IMG/VR virus record: IMGVR_UViG_3300025161_000006
Span: 1-64,000 of that record
DNA from: a virus
DNA: 64,000 bases
Direction: 5' to 3' (one strand)
The notes below the pieces were generated by a model that saw only the letters and a list, made by a program, of their open reading frames with translations, searched no databases and was not told the DNA's origin. The translations under genes and the position numbers were made by a program. Below, one piece after another: positions 17,465 to 26,867 of the stretch; position 1 is the first letter of the stretch, and each line of letters begins with the position of its first letter.

Positions 17465-18418
17465 ATGTGTAACACTAAAAATACATTTATGACAAAAGAA
17501 GAAGCTATCAAGAAAGGGTATCTTGAAGATAAGATTGTATATCTTAAGCCCTTACCTCGACCTGGCAAGATGGTACGTGACAAAAACCACGTGGGATATT
17601 TCATGTGGGATGGTGCAGTGAAGCACTTTTGCCTACCTATAGATGTCAATACGGGTGTTCTGAAAAATCCCTTTTCCTCAGATGAAGAAAGAAAGTTCTT
17701 TGAAGAAGCTATGAATGCTGACTTGAATGTCTTCAGTTCAAATAGTAAGTTCTGGAAAGACTTTAAAGTTAGCATTGTTAAAGATGCAGGTTTTATGGAG
17801 AATGGTGTGAAGTTTGATTTAAGTGTTCCTATTGATAACTTGAAATATAAAGTACTCAAGCTATGGGCAGGAGAGGAGGTTGCTCTAAGTGAAGAAGATG
17901 CTGAGGCTAATCCTTTTGTCAGGTTTATTCTTGTAGAAGAAGGTTATAAGAGTAAAAGGCAGGTTTCTGAAGCTGATGCTCTTGTAGAGATATATACCTT
18001 CTATGGTTCTATTAAGGACAGTCAGAGGAAATGTGCTGACTTCCTGAGTGCTTACTTGCTCAATAAACACAGTGCACGTATGGTACCTGAAGATGCCACT
18101 CTGGAATGGCTCAATGCTCAGATTAAAGATGCTATTGATAATGATAGAGCAGGTATTCTTGATACTATTCGTGACACTAATTATGATATGAAGCTCTTTA
18201 TTGCCAGGGCTGTAAGGATTGGTGCTATTCAGAAGTATGGTGTTAACTCATACTCTATTCCAGGTATGGGTGTTAAGTATACTCTTGCTGAGTTTGTTCC
18301 TTATATGAAGCAGCTGGAAGATACGACAGATGATATATATCTGAAGATTAAAGCACAGGTAGATATGGCTTTAGGCAATAAGAAGGCACATACTACAACT
18401 ACTAAAAAGAATGAATAA
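17465..18418 (+). CDS. Conserved crAss structural protein downstream of MCP
   Basis: Synteny; FW..F.V....G..FDLS.PID..KYK motif. Confidence 0.7.
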   Translation: MCNTKNTFMTKEEAIKKGYLEDKIVYLKPLPRPGKMVRDKNHVGYFMWDGAVKHFCLPIDVNTGVLKNPFSSDEERKFFEEAMNADLNVFSSNSKFWKDFKVSIVKDAGFMENGVKFDLSVPIDNLKYKVLKLWAGEEVALSEEDAEANPFVRFILVEEGYKSKRQVSEADALVEIYTFYGSIKDSQRKCADFLSAYLLNKHSARMVPEDATLEWLNAQIKDAIDNDRAGILDTIRDTNYDMKLFIARAVRIGAIQKYGVNSYSIPGMGVKYTLAEFVPYMKQLEDTTDDIYLKIKAQVDMALGNKKAHTTTTKKNE

Positions 18419-19239
18419 TGGCAGGAATGACTGCATCCCAGATGATGTATGAAGCTAAGGTTATCTATGAAGCCTTAGCTTCAGCTGATGCTCGTGGATA
18501 TACCAACAGAGAGTGGTCTACTTTGCTAACTCAGGCACAGGAAGATGTGGTACTTGAGATATGCACAGAAGGCATAGATAGAGATGAAGATAACAGAAGG
18601 AGTATAGCTAACTTGCTGCATAGCTTGAAAGTATCTAATGCAGGATATTCCACTGATGGAACTGCTACAACATCAGCAGTTACACGTATAGCCACTTTTG
18701 GTGAATATCCTAATGCTTATCAGGTATCTATCATTGCAGCGTTAAATACTCCCCTAATAACAAATCATCTTATCACACTTAATGAAAGAGCAGAAGCTAC
18801 ATCATCTGGCATTACTTATGTTAACATACAGGTAGAACCTATTCAGTATGATTTCTACATGGCTAATAAGGATAATCCATTCAGAAAGCCAAGTAAAGAG
18901 TTATTCTGGAGATTAGAATATCCTGGCGGAGAGAACTTGACTGTACCAGGATATCCAATGAAAAGGATTATAATCACTAATGGATTTACTCTGTCTGCTT
19001 ATTATATGGATTATCTGAGCAAGCCTGACCCAATCATTGTAGCTTCTTCTGACTATACATCATCTATGTATATAGACGGTAAGCAATTATCTTTATATAC
19101 AACCACATCGTTGGATTGTAAGCTGGACCCTATAGTACATAGAAGGATTGTTAAGAAAGCTGCTAAGTTAGCTTATGCTTATATGCAAGAACAACTTGGT
19201 TATCAGATACAAAATATTGAAGAACAAGATACTCAGTAG
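18418..19239 (+). CDS. Tail ring/adaptor protein
   Basis: S.LLTQAQ, NPFRKP, Y.MDYL.KP.PII, C.L...H..IV..A typical of crAss ring proteins. Confidence 0.7.
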   Translation: MAGMTASQMMYEAKVIYEALASADARGYTNREWSTLLTQAQEDVVLEICTEGIDRDEDNRRSIANLLHSLKVSNAGYSTDGTATTSAVTRIATFGEYPNAYQVSIIAALNTPLITNHLITLNERAEATSSGITYVNIQVEPIQYDFYMANKDNPFRKPSKELFWRLEYPGGENLTVPGYPMKRIIITNGFTLSAYYMDYLSKPDPIIVASSDYTSSMYIDGKQLSLYTTTSLDCKLDPIVHRRIVKKAAKLAYAYMQEQLGYQIQNIEEQDTQ

Positions 19240-19253
19240 TAAAGCAAAGGTGC

Positions 19254-19284
19254 ATTGTTTTACTACTTAACTTTAGTATATTTG
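19254..19284 (+). promoter_or_regulatory. Bacteroidota promoter
   Basis: ATTG (19254-19257), 19-nt spacer, TATATTTG (19277-19284). Confidence 0.7.
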
Positions 19285-19325
19285 CACTATAATTAAACCT
19301 ATGTTTAACTCAAATAATTACAACA

Positions 19326-20897
19326 ATGGCAATTAACGAAAAAAATGCTACTTATGTGTTTGTAGCTAACTCTGATTTTACAGGAACTACGCTTGATGAC
19401 CTTAAGGGTGTCAATAATAGTGGGAAAGTAGCTATTGTAGATGAGTCAGGAAGTGTTAAAACATCCAGTATAATTAGCGCTGATACTCTGGTAAGAGTTG
19501 CAGCTAATGTAAATGGTGTCCTGCATTTCTCTCCCTTCTTCAAACCTTCTCAAGCCACTATTACATACCAGGCAGGGCAGGCTGCTCTACCACAGGTAAC
19601 TCTTATAGGGCACAACGGTGGTTCTCTCAATGTGGGTATTGGCTCGATTGTTACAGGAAATTATGTCCTGCGCATCTGGCTGAATAGCACACGTGGGGTG
19701 TATGGTACAATGCCTGTCATTAAGGATATTCTGTACTATGCAAACTCTTCTGTTGACACTCAGGCAACAGTGGTTAAGAACATTGTAGATTCAGGTAATA
19801 GCATTTTGAAGAAAGGAGTGCTCTATCCTCAAATTGCTCTGGGTCGTACAGTTGATGGTGCTGGTGGTGCCAATACTATTAGTGCTATCTCCGGTATTAA
19901 GCTTGTCAAGCTCACCAAAGGTTCTACTACTGTGGGTGTATTCAATGTTAATTCATCTGGTGCTGTAGCTGCTACTGCCAGTGTGAGTGATGCAGCTATA
20001 TTGACCATTCCTTCATATAATGGAAGGTCATTTACCTTCACTGCAAATGCTCTGGGTTCAGGTGCTGGACGTCATCTTATTTTCATTAATGATGAAACCA
20101 TTAATGTGGCAGATGCTGGAGATGCCACGCAGAATGCTACAGCTATTGCTGCTGCTATTAATGCAGGTAGTAAGTATGCATCTGCAAGTTCTTCAACAAG
20201 TACTGTGACTATCACCCTGAAACCTAATGTATTTGCTGTAGTTCCTTCAGTTATTTACACTGCAGATGATTCTACTTTCACAGCAATTGCAGTAAGTATT
20301 GCTTCAGGTGAGTCTAAAGCTACCAAAGCCATCATTAATGGTACTACTTCTTCAGCTGCAACCTTTGAACTTGACTTGCCCTGGGAAGGAGAGACCTGCT
20401 ATGTAACTGTTGGTACAACTGAATCTTACTGTGCTGGCACTGTGAGTGTGAATGGTTCAGCCAACTGGGGTATTAAAGTATCAGGTTTGCCCAAGCCTAT
20501 CTTTAATCCTGTCACTGATGAGCCTGATGTAGTTAATTTTGTAGCTACCCTGAATGGCCCTGGTATTTATGCTGCTTCATACAATGCTCAGAAGGGATTT
20601 GCTGGTATTGGAACATATCATCAGGTTGCTCAGGCTGAAGTATATTCTTCCTTCATGGATGGATATATTGTCAACAGCTCAATGCCACCCACCAAATATC
20701 CCAACCTGGCTACAATCAATGCTACTAATGGACTTTACAATACCTTTGCTTTTGATGTGACTACTCCAGGCTTTGTAGCACAGGGTGCTGGAATTAACGT
20801 AAAGAGCGGGTTTAGAGTGATGATAGCAGTTGATAGTGGACTGTTTGATTCGGGTGAATCTGGTGCTGACATTAAGACTGTCTTTGGAATTTCCTAA
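19326..20897 (+). CDS. Probable auxiliary capsid/decoration protein
   Basis: Own promoter and terminator, A/S/T/G-rich, position matches the crAss auxiliary capsid gene. Confidence 0.6.
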   Translation: MAINEKNATYVFVANSDFTGTTLDDLKGVNNSGKVAIVDESGSVKTSSIISADTLVRVAANVNGVLHFSPFFKPSQATITYQAGQAALPQVTLIGHNGGSLNVGIGSIVTGNYVLRIWLNSTRGVYGTMPVIKDILYYANSSVDTQATVVKNIVDSGNSILKKGVLYPQIALGRTVDGAGGANTISAISGIKLVKLTKGSTTVGVFNVNSSGAVAATASVSDAAILTIPSYNGRSFTFTANALGSGAGRHLIFINDETINVADAGDATQNATAIAAAINAGSKYASASSSTSTVTITLKPNVFAVVPSVIYTADDSTFTAIAVSIASGESKATKAIINGTTSSAATFELDLPWEGETCYVTVGTTESYCAGTVSVNGSANWGIKVSGLPKPIFNPVTDEPDVVNFVATLNGPGIYAASYNAQKGFAGIGTYHQVAQAEVYSSFMDGYIVNSSMPPTKYPNLATINATNGLYNTFAFDVTTPGFVAQGAGINVKSGFRVMIAVDSGLFDSGESGADIKTVFGIS

Positions 20898-20905
20898 TCT
20901 AAGTT

Positions 20906-20941
20906 AATAGGGGAAGCCCTCATGGGCTTCTCCTATTTTTA
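20906..20941 (+). terminator. Intrinsic terminator
   Basis: AATAGGGGAAGCCC-TCAT-GGGCTTCTCCTATT followed by a T run. Confidence 0.9.
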
Positions 20942-20967
20942 TCTATAACTAATTAAACATTACTATC

Positions 20968-21489
20968 ATGAATATAGACAATATTCAGTTTGGTGATGGC
21001 ATAGCAGTAAGGGGTAAAGCATGGCTTAGTAGGGCCATCAGGTACTTTATGAAGCAATACAAACCAGGAGTTAAGGATTACAGTCATAATGCTGTAATCA
21101 TCAATATGTGGGGAGAGAAGTGGGTTGCTGAGGCTCTTGCCTGGGGAGTAAGATTAAGACCCTTTGCTTATACTGAATATGCCCATAGTACAAACTGGGT
21201 TATCTTAAGAGATAAGAGGGGGTTTACTGAAGAGCAGATTAAGCGTATGAGCTGGAAGTGTGCCAGTCTGGCAGGTGTAAGGTATCAATATGAAAATTTG
21301 CCTACATGGATAATCAGGATTTGGCTTAAACTGAACCTTTTCAAAAGGAGAAATGAGAAGTCAATATATTGTTCTGAGCTTCTTGCAATTGCAATAAATG
21401 AAGCACATCCTGGTACATTTAAAGCACCTAATGCTATGTCACCAGCTGACCATATTGATAGTGAAGTGTATGATATAATAGAACAGTAA
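20968..21489 (+). CDS. Permuted papain-like (NlpC/P60, YiiX/YaeF-type) peptidase/amidase
   Basis: QFGD start, YSHNAV His motif precedes YCSELLA Cys motif, C-terminal MSPAD. Confidence 0.85.
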   Translation: MNIDNIQFGDGIAVRGKAWLSRAIRYFMKQYKPGVKDYSHNAVIINMWGEKWVAEALAWGVRLRPFAYTEYAHSTNWVILRDKRGFTEEQIKRMSWKCASLAGVRYQYENLPTWIIRIWLKLNLFKRRNEKSIYCSELLAIAINEAHPGTFKAPNAMSPADHIDSEVYDIIEQ

Positions 21490-21492
21490 GTT

Positions 21493-21858
21493 ATGGAACA
21501 GTCGTTTTTAGAAGCACTAAGATTGGGAGCAATAGATATATTGCACTCTGTAAATACAAAATTTCTTGTATTGTTCATTGTTATTATGTTTTTATTTAAT
21601 GAAGCTATCAATCATCCTGAACTATGTCAATGGTTAAATTGGCTTCAGAAAGTGCCTACAAGTATTAGAGTATTTGTGTCTGGTATTTTACTTGCTATTA
21701 TATTTGCATTATTAGAAGGCTATAGAGATGCTGACAATATAAGAAAGTTGTTCTATGCTATAGTTGTTGGCATGGTGATATGGAAGTTAGGAGTTAGTTA
21801 TTTGTTTGATGCAATTAAGCAATGGTGGAACAAACTATGGAGTAGGGTGATACAATGA
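21493..21858 (+). CDS. Membrane protein, holin candidate
   Basis: About three hydrophobic helices. Confidence 0.6.
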   Translation: MEQSFLEALRLGAIDILHSVNTKFLVLFIVIMFLFNEAINHPELCQWLNWLQKVPTSIRVFVSGILLAIIFALLEGYRDADNIRKLFYAIVVGMVIWKLGVSYLFDAIKQWWNKLWSRVIQ

Positions 21859-22289
21859 AAGATGTTGTTAAGATTATCATTGATTGGCTTAAGACAAGAA
21901 GTAAGAATACTCTGGTAACATTGACATTGATAACACCACTTGTGGTGTATATTTCAGTGCCATTGTTATTTAGAGTAAGATACAACACAAAGGATATTGA
22001 AGAGTTGAAGTCTAAGGTAGAGATAATAAGTAAGCAACTTGATAATCTATATACTAGTGTAACACTTTACAAAGTATCACATTTAACCTCTGTAGTGAAC
22101 TATGTAGATAATGCAATTACAATAGCACAAACTGAAGTTCTACTTGAGGTTAAGACTGAACTTGAACGTATTGCTGATAAGTCAAATACTAATAATTGTA
22201 ATGTGCAATCTGAGCTTGATAGGTGGGAGAGGGCAATAATCAGGAAGAACAGGATTGATAGCACTAAGGTAAATATGAAAATGAAATAA
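21855..22289 (+). CDS. Single-TM coiled-coil protein (lysis cassette)
   Basis: N-terminal TM then coiled coil; ATGA overlap with the upstream gene. Confidence 0.6.
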   Translation: MKDVVKIIIDWLKTRSKNTLVTLTLITPLVVYISVPLLFRVRYNTKDIEELKSKVEIISKQLDNLYTSVTLYKVSHLTSVVNYVDNAITIAQTEVLLEVKTELERIADKSNTNNCNVQSELDRWERAIIRKNRIDSTKVNMKMK

Positions 22290-22307
22290 AGTTAGGAGGA
22301 GTGTGTT

Positions 22308-22673
22308 ATGAAACATAGAGTTATTATTAAATGGGCTATATTCTTGGTTGGATTTATCATTGCTGCTGTAAATTATGTTAATGCAGGAGTATTTGAGCTA
22401 ATCATAAAATCCGATGGTTATCAGCAACTTGCTGGTATTGGAGTAATGCCTGTAACAAGTAATGCTGGTACTATTGAAGATGGTATTTTAGCCTTAGGAT
22501 TTATGCTCATCTATTCAGCATTGGGTGGCATAATTTCTGTGATGTCTGCTCAGATTTATTTGTATATTTGTGAGGTCATAGGTATTAAACCTAACCTCTA
22601 CAAATTCTTAATGGGAGAATCTGAAGATGAGCAGACTAACAATAAAAAGAGTAAAGATAAGAAGGCTAACTAA
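22308..22673 (+). CDS. Membrane protein
   Basis: Two hydrophobic segments and a charged C-tail; AGGAGG upstream. Confidence 0.6.
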   Translation: MKHRVIIKWAIFLVGFIIAAVNYVNAGVFELIIKSDGYQQLAGIGVMPVTSNAGTIEDGILALGFMLIYSALGGIISVMSAQIYLYICEVIGIKPNLYKFLMGESEDEQTNNKKSKDKKAN

Positions 22674-22833
22674 GATTTTTATATTAGCTTTTGTACTTGG
22701 TAGCGCAGCGCAGATGTTCAAACCCTTACATATGGGGTGGTTATGTCAGATACTTAACTGGGTTGCTTTGATAGGAATCACAGTATCTGTTATAAGTGAG
22801 GTTGTAATTATAACCAGAAATAAAAAAGAGTAA
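22627..22833 (+). CDS. Small 2-TM membrane protein
   Basis: Basic N-terminus, two TM helices. Confidence 0.5.
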   Translation: MSRLTIKRVKIRRLTKIFILAFVLGSAAQMFKPLHMGWLCQILNWVALIGITVSVISEVVIITRNKKE

Positions 22834-22834
22834 A

Positions 22835-23320
22835 ATGTTATGGCTGTATTTAATATTCCTGGCAAGTGTAATACTTAAAGCTTCAGGAGATGCACTTAAA
22901 GACGGTGCTAAGTTTGCAATTAGTACAGATACAAGATATAAGCTGTCTGCTACAGGACATTTACTTATAGCTATCTGCATAGGATTACTTGTATTTGCTA
23001 CTCTAATGCCATCACTTGGGATAGATGCTCTAAAGTATCATAATCTCATCTGGTGGCTTCTATTTTATGTGCTAATACATTTCTCTCTCTTTAATCCTGT
23101 ATATAACATAACAAGGATGCTTATGCCGGGAAGTACTATAACATCTATCTATTACTCTGGAAATACATCAGCATTTGACAAGTTTGAGAATAGTCTGACA
23201 GAGAGGCTTAGAATACATCCAATGTACATATTCTGGATAAGAGTAGTAGGGAATTTCTCTCACGTTATGCTTGTTGTACAGATGTTTAACTCACAAACTA
23301 TACTATTATGCCAGTACTAA
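22835..23320 (+). CDS. Multi-pass membrane protein
   Basis: Three to four hydrophobic segments; FNPVYN and Y.G.TS.FD motifs. Confidence 0.6.
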   Translation: MLWLYLIFLASVILKASGDALKDGAKFAISTDTRYKLSATGHLLIAICIGLLVFATLMPSLGIDALKYHNLIWWLLFYVLIHFSLFNPVYNITRMLMPGSTITSIYYSGNTSAFDKFENSLTERLRIHPMYIFWIRVVGNFSHVMLVVQMFNSQTILLCQY

Positions 23321-23769
23321 GTTCTGCATCAAAGCAAAAGCTTGCTCAATGTCACGAGGACTTGCAGGCACTATTTAACACAGTAATACAGTATTATGAC
23401 TTTACCATAGTGTATGGTCATAGACCTGTAGAAGAACAATTTCAACTATTCAAGTATGGGAGAAAGCTTGTTAATGGTGTGTGGGTAGTAGATGATAAGA
23501 GTAAGATTGTAACATATTGTGATGGCAAGACAAAGCTCAGCAATCATAACTACTATCCTTCCAGAGCTATTGATGTGGCTCCTTACCCTATTGACTGGAC
23601 TGATGACCTATCATTTGCATACTTTGCAGGTAAGGTAATGGAGCTATATAGAGTATTAAAGAAAGAAGGAGTTATCAAGTCTAACATCAGGTGGGGAGGT
23701 GATTGGAATATTAATAGTAAGACAAAGGATGAGAGACTTGTTGATTTACCACATTTTGAAATTTATTAA
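23308..23769 (+). CDS. Endolysin, M15 L-Ala-D-Glu peptidase
   Basis: GHRPVEEQ, SNHNY..SRAIDV, RWGGDW, DLPHFE. Confidence 0.92.
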   Translation: MPVLSSASKQKLAQCHEDLQALFNTVIQYYDFTIVYGHRPVEEQFQLFKYGRKLVNGVWVVDDKSKIVTYCDGKTKLSNHNYYPSRAIDVAPYPIDWTDDLSFAYFAGKVMELYRVLKKEGVIKSNIRWGGDWNINSKTKDERLVDLPHFEIY

Positions 23770-23780
23770 ATTCAATCATT

Positions 23781-24356
23781 ATGGCAGTATTACAATTTTC
23801 AGCTCAGGAAAACACAGGATTAACCGCAATATCTTTTACAGATTTGAGTGCTTGGGGTACTTCACCACTACCTGCAAGAAATAACCTTAGTGGCGCTGTA
23901 TCTATAGTTATTGACGTATATTTACTTGATGGTACGCATGTAACAAGCCCTACAATAGATGTGACTACCCAGGTAGCAAATAATACACTTACAAACTATC
24001 AGATTTTAGCATCAGCTATTAACTCTACATGGACTACTCTTTCACAAGGTGTATATTACATAAAGTTCTCTTATTCTACTTATATGACTGGTGGGATGGT
24101 GTATGTTATTCCAACAATAGCCAATAAGATTAACTCCCTTGCTACTGAGTTACCTACACTTTATGATAAAGTAATTCATAAGGTAAGTCCTTATGATATA
24201 AATGAAGCTGCTGAGAAAATGGTTATTTACTATTTGTGGAAGGCCATGCTTTACTCGCAACAAGCACTTGCTTATACCGGAGCATTGCCTAATCCTGTAG
24301 AGCAACAGAATGTATTAAGGTATATCAATACATACTTAGAATCTAAAAATTATTAA
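23781..24356 (+). CDS. Virion structural protein (tail hub-like)
   Basis: Ig-like T/S-rich N-domain with GVYYIKF and helical C-terminus; position before ring protein. Confidence 0.55.
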   Translation: MAVLQFSAQENTGLTAISFTDLSAWGTSPLPARNNLSGAVSIVIDVYLLDGTHVTSPTIDVTTQVANNTLTNYQILASAINSTWTTLSQGVYYIKFSYSTYMTGGMVYVIPTIANKINSLATELPTLYDKVIHKVSPYDINEAAEKMVIYYLWKAMLYSQQALAYTGALPNPVEQQNVLRYINTYLESKNY

Positions 24357-24358
24357 TT

Positions 24359-24652
24359 ATGGATTTACTAAGTTACTTTCCTAATATTGACAGAGATAAA
24401 GTTACAACTACAGTAGCAGCAGATAGTACTATGTATACTATGATAGCTACTGAAGTACCTACCTTTGCGAGTAAGACAGCTACTATGTTGTCATTTGCGT
24501 CATATCTGCACGACGTTACAGCTACAAAGTTAAACTTTGTATGTACTATGCAGATGATTGATGCTCTAATAGACTATTACACAAGTAGTAGTATATCAGA
24601 GGACAGTGCTAGAGAACTTAAAGATAAACTACAACTAATACTTGAACTATGA
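24359..24652 (+). CDS. Hypothetical (possibly second tail hub protein)
   Basis: 97-aa helical ORF, coupled to neighbours. Confidence 0.5.
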   Translation: MDLLSYFPNIDRDKVTTTVAADSTMYTMIATEVPTFASKTATMLSFASYLHDVTATKLNFVCTMQMIDALIDYYTSSSISEDSARELKDKLQLILEL

Positions 24653-24975
24653 TAAAAACTTATGACATAGTATCCTTCCTGCTAATACTGGCATTAGTAG
24701 CTTTGCTTGGTGATAGTATGCATGAAACTTGTCTTGAGAAAAAAGCTCATGCTGTCACCAAGCAAAAACTTGAAAGAGCCCTGGACACTATCACACTCTA
24801 TGATGGGCAGATGTTGCTCATGTACAAGAAGTTACAAAGTAAAACTATCGAGTTAGTCAGTTTAAAGAGAGAATTAACCACATTAAAAAAGCATCAATAT
24901 GTACAGGATACTATTAATCTTAGCCTTGATGATAGTACCGCTTTCAGGCAAATCACAGAGAGATACAATCATTAA
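24649..24975 (+). CDS. i-spanin-like protein
   Basis: N-terminal TM followed by coiled coil. Confidence 0.55.
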   Translation: MIKTYDIVSFLLILALVALLGDSMHETCLEKKAHAVTKQKLERALDTITLYDGQMLLMYKKLQSKTIELVSLKRELTTLKKHQYVQDTINLSLDDSTAFRQITERYNH

Positions 24976-25309
24976 GGTAAATAACCATGTATGGTATTGC
25001 TTTGACGGGCAGACTATTGTGCAGATAAATGCAGATTTACATCGTAAGGATTATTGCCTGCAGAGAGAAGTATTACTAAATCAGCAGGTTATACTATATG
25101 ATAGTCTGCTTAATGATTGCACAAGGTTACAGGCTCTTACTGCTGCAAAGAATATAGAACTATCAAATCAAGTTGACACCCTGAATGTCGCAATTAATAC
25201 ATTAATAAGAGACAGCCTTATGCAAGTAAAGCAATATAAGTCTAAGGCTACAATATATAAGCTCACTTCAGCAGGATTATTTGTGTTACTTGTAATATCA
25301 ATACTATGA
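24899..25309 (+). CDS. Spanin partner-like protein (signal peptide, coiled coil, C-terminal TM)
   Basis: Overlaps the i-spanin-like gene by 77 nt; MYRILLILALMIVPLSGKS-Q; C-terminal AGLFVLLVISIL. Confidence 0.55.
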   Translation: MYRILLILALMIVPLSGKSQRDTIIKVNNHVWYCFDGQTIVQINADLHRKDYCLQREVLLNQQVILYDSLLNDCTRLQALTAAKNIELSNQVDTLNVAINTLIRDSLMQVKQYKSKATIYKLTSAGLFVLLVISIL

Positions 25310-26043
25310 AGACTAACATTTCACTCAATGAAATAGCATATGGATTCAGGGAGTTATATAGAGCCAAGTTTAAAGATACAGACTCTCCGGACATAAGACT
25401 TGTTAAATACTGGGTGCAGGAAGTAAGAGCTAAGCTTATCAAACAAAAAGTTGATAAGCTTGGTATGTTTCAGATAGATGAGGTATTTGTACAGTCAATA
25501 CCATCTACTCTGGAAAGAGTAAATAGTAGTCAGGTGAGCTTTGCTGGGCTTACTCTTGGTACTATAGACCCTGATATTTATCTCTACAGGACAGTGCGCA
25601 ATATACCACAGGTTATAGAGAAGCAAGGTACTGCTGGTGTATTTACAAGGATAGGGCCAGAAAGAGGCTCACTTGGATATCTTATATTACCTTATGGACA
25701 GTGGCTTACTACAGGTTATGGAGCTTTCAACAGGCAATTTGTGTATGCTACCTACTTAGATAGAAGAGTATATCTAAAGTCAGGTAATCCTTCTAACCTT
25801 GGCTCAATCACAGCAATAGAGGTACGTGGAGTATTTCAGAATCCTGTAGAAGCTGCTCTGATTGCTGACCCTACTTACACAGATGATGATGATTATCCCA
25901 TCAGTCAAGCTATGGTAGATGACATTTATACTATACTCATGTCTAAAGAGTTCAAAGCTACCTATGCTCAATTTGAAGATAAGACAGCTAACGCATCCAA
26001 TGACCTTAGTGATGCTGGTACAAGAACTATTAAACAACAGTAG
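25306..26043 (+). CDS. Tail ring protein
   Basis: SLNEIAY..., WV...RA.LIKQ, GVFQNP, DDDYPI pattern; synteny. Confidence 0.7.
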   Translation: MKTNISLNEIAYGFRELYRAKFKDTDSPDIRLVKYWVQEVRAKLIKQKVDKLGMFQIDEVFVQSIPSTLERVNSSQVSFAGLTLGTIDPDIYLYRTVRNIPQVIEKQGTAGVFTRIGPERGSLGYLILPYGQWLTTGYGAFNRQFVYATYLDRRVYLKSGNPSNLGSITAIEVRGVFQNPVEAALIADPTYTDDDDYPISQAMVDDIYTILMSKEFKATYAQFEDKTANASNDLSDAGTRTIKQQ

Positions 26044-26045
26044 TT

Positions 26046-26576
26046 ATGCCTAAGTTTAACTATGCTCCCGAGATAAAGATTAAAGACCTGTATAAGTATT
26101 ACAAGGAGGTAACTAACAATCCTGTATCAGCGTCCTTGTATGGTAAAATACTATTTGATTTCTTTGCAAAGAAGATGGATTATATACTTCATGAAGGGGG
26201 CATATTTCACATACCAGCAGGTATGGGTATGATATGCGTAACTAAGAATAAGTTTAATATTAAACTTGATGACCAGGGCAATGTGATGAAGGAGAGGCTA
26301 CTGGTAGATTGGAAGAAAACCTGGGAATTATGGGGTAAGCAATATCCTGGCAAAAGTTTGGAAGAGATTAAGAAGATAAAACACAAAAAAGTTGTATATT
26401 TGCTTAATGAACATACTGACAGTTATGTATGTGCTATAAGATGGGTAAAGGGTCATGCTTTTCTTAGAAATAAACTAGCATACTCATTCTTACCTATGAG
26501 AAGGCACAAAAGGAATTTAGCTAAAATAATAAAGTCTAAACCATCTGTAATGCTTAAATATTATGAAATCAGGTAA
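26046..26576 (+). CDS. crAss IHF-like protein of the tail module
   Basis: F.IP.GMG.I.V.K, VDWKKT..LW, N.HTD.Y, YSF.P.R..KR.LA..I. Confidence 0.75.
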   Translation: MPKFNYAPEIKIKDLYKYYKEVTNNPVSASLYGKILFDFFAKKMDYILHEGGIFHIPAGMGMICVTKNKFNIKLDDQGNVMKERLLVDWKKTWELWGKQYPGKSLEEIKKIKHKKVVYLLNEHTDSYVCAIRWVKGHAFLRNKLAYSFLPMRRHKRNLAKIIKSKPSVMLKYYEIR

Positions 26577-26862
26577 AGTAAAACAAGTGTCAAGTGAAGA
26601 TACTAGAGTGTCATACTCAGTAAGAAAAGGAGATAAGTCTGCTGATATAACCATTGAAAATATAGAGAATGGTTATCTTGTTACTGTCTCAGAGTGGGAT
26701 GATAAGAAGATGCGTAGCAATACCAAGAAGTTTTTCTCAAAGGAAGACCCGTCAAGTAAGATTGATGGGCTTAAATCTATTGAAGAGATAAATATAGATA
26801 GTATGAAATCTGTATTTAATAGTCCTATTGTTAATGCTCTGGAGAAGAGTACTAAAAAATAA
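26563..26862 (+). CDS. Hypothetical protein
   Basis: 99 aa; ITIENIENGYLVTV motif. Confidence 0.65.
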   Translation: MKSGKVKQVSSEDTRVSYSVRKGDKSADITIENIENGYLVTVSEWDDKKMRSNTKKFFSKEDPSSKIDGLKSIEEINIDSMKSVFNSPIVNALEKSTKK

Positions 26863-26867
26863 AGAGT

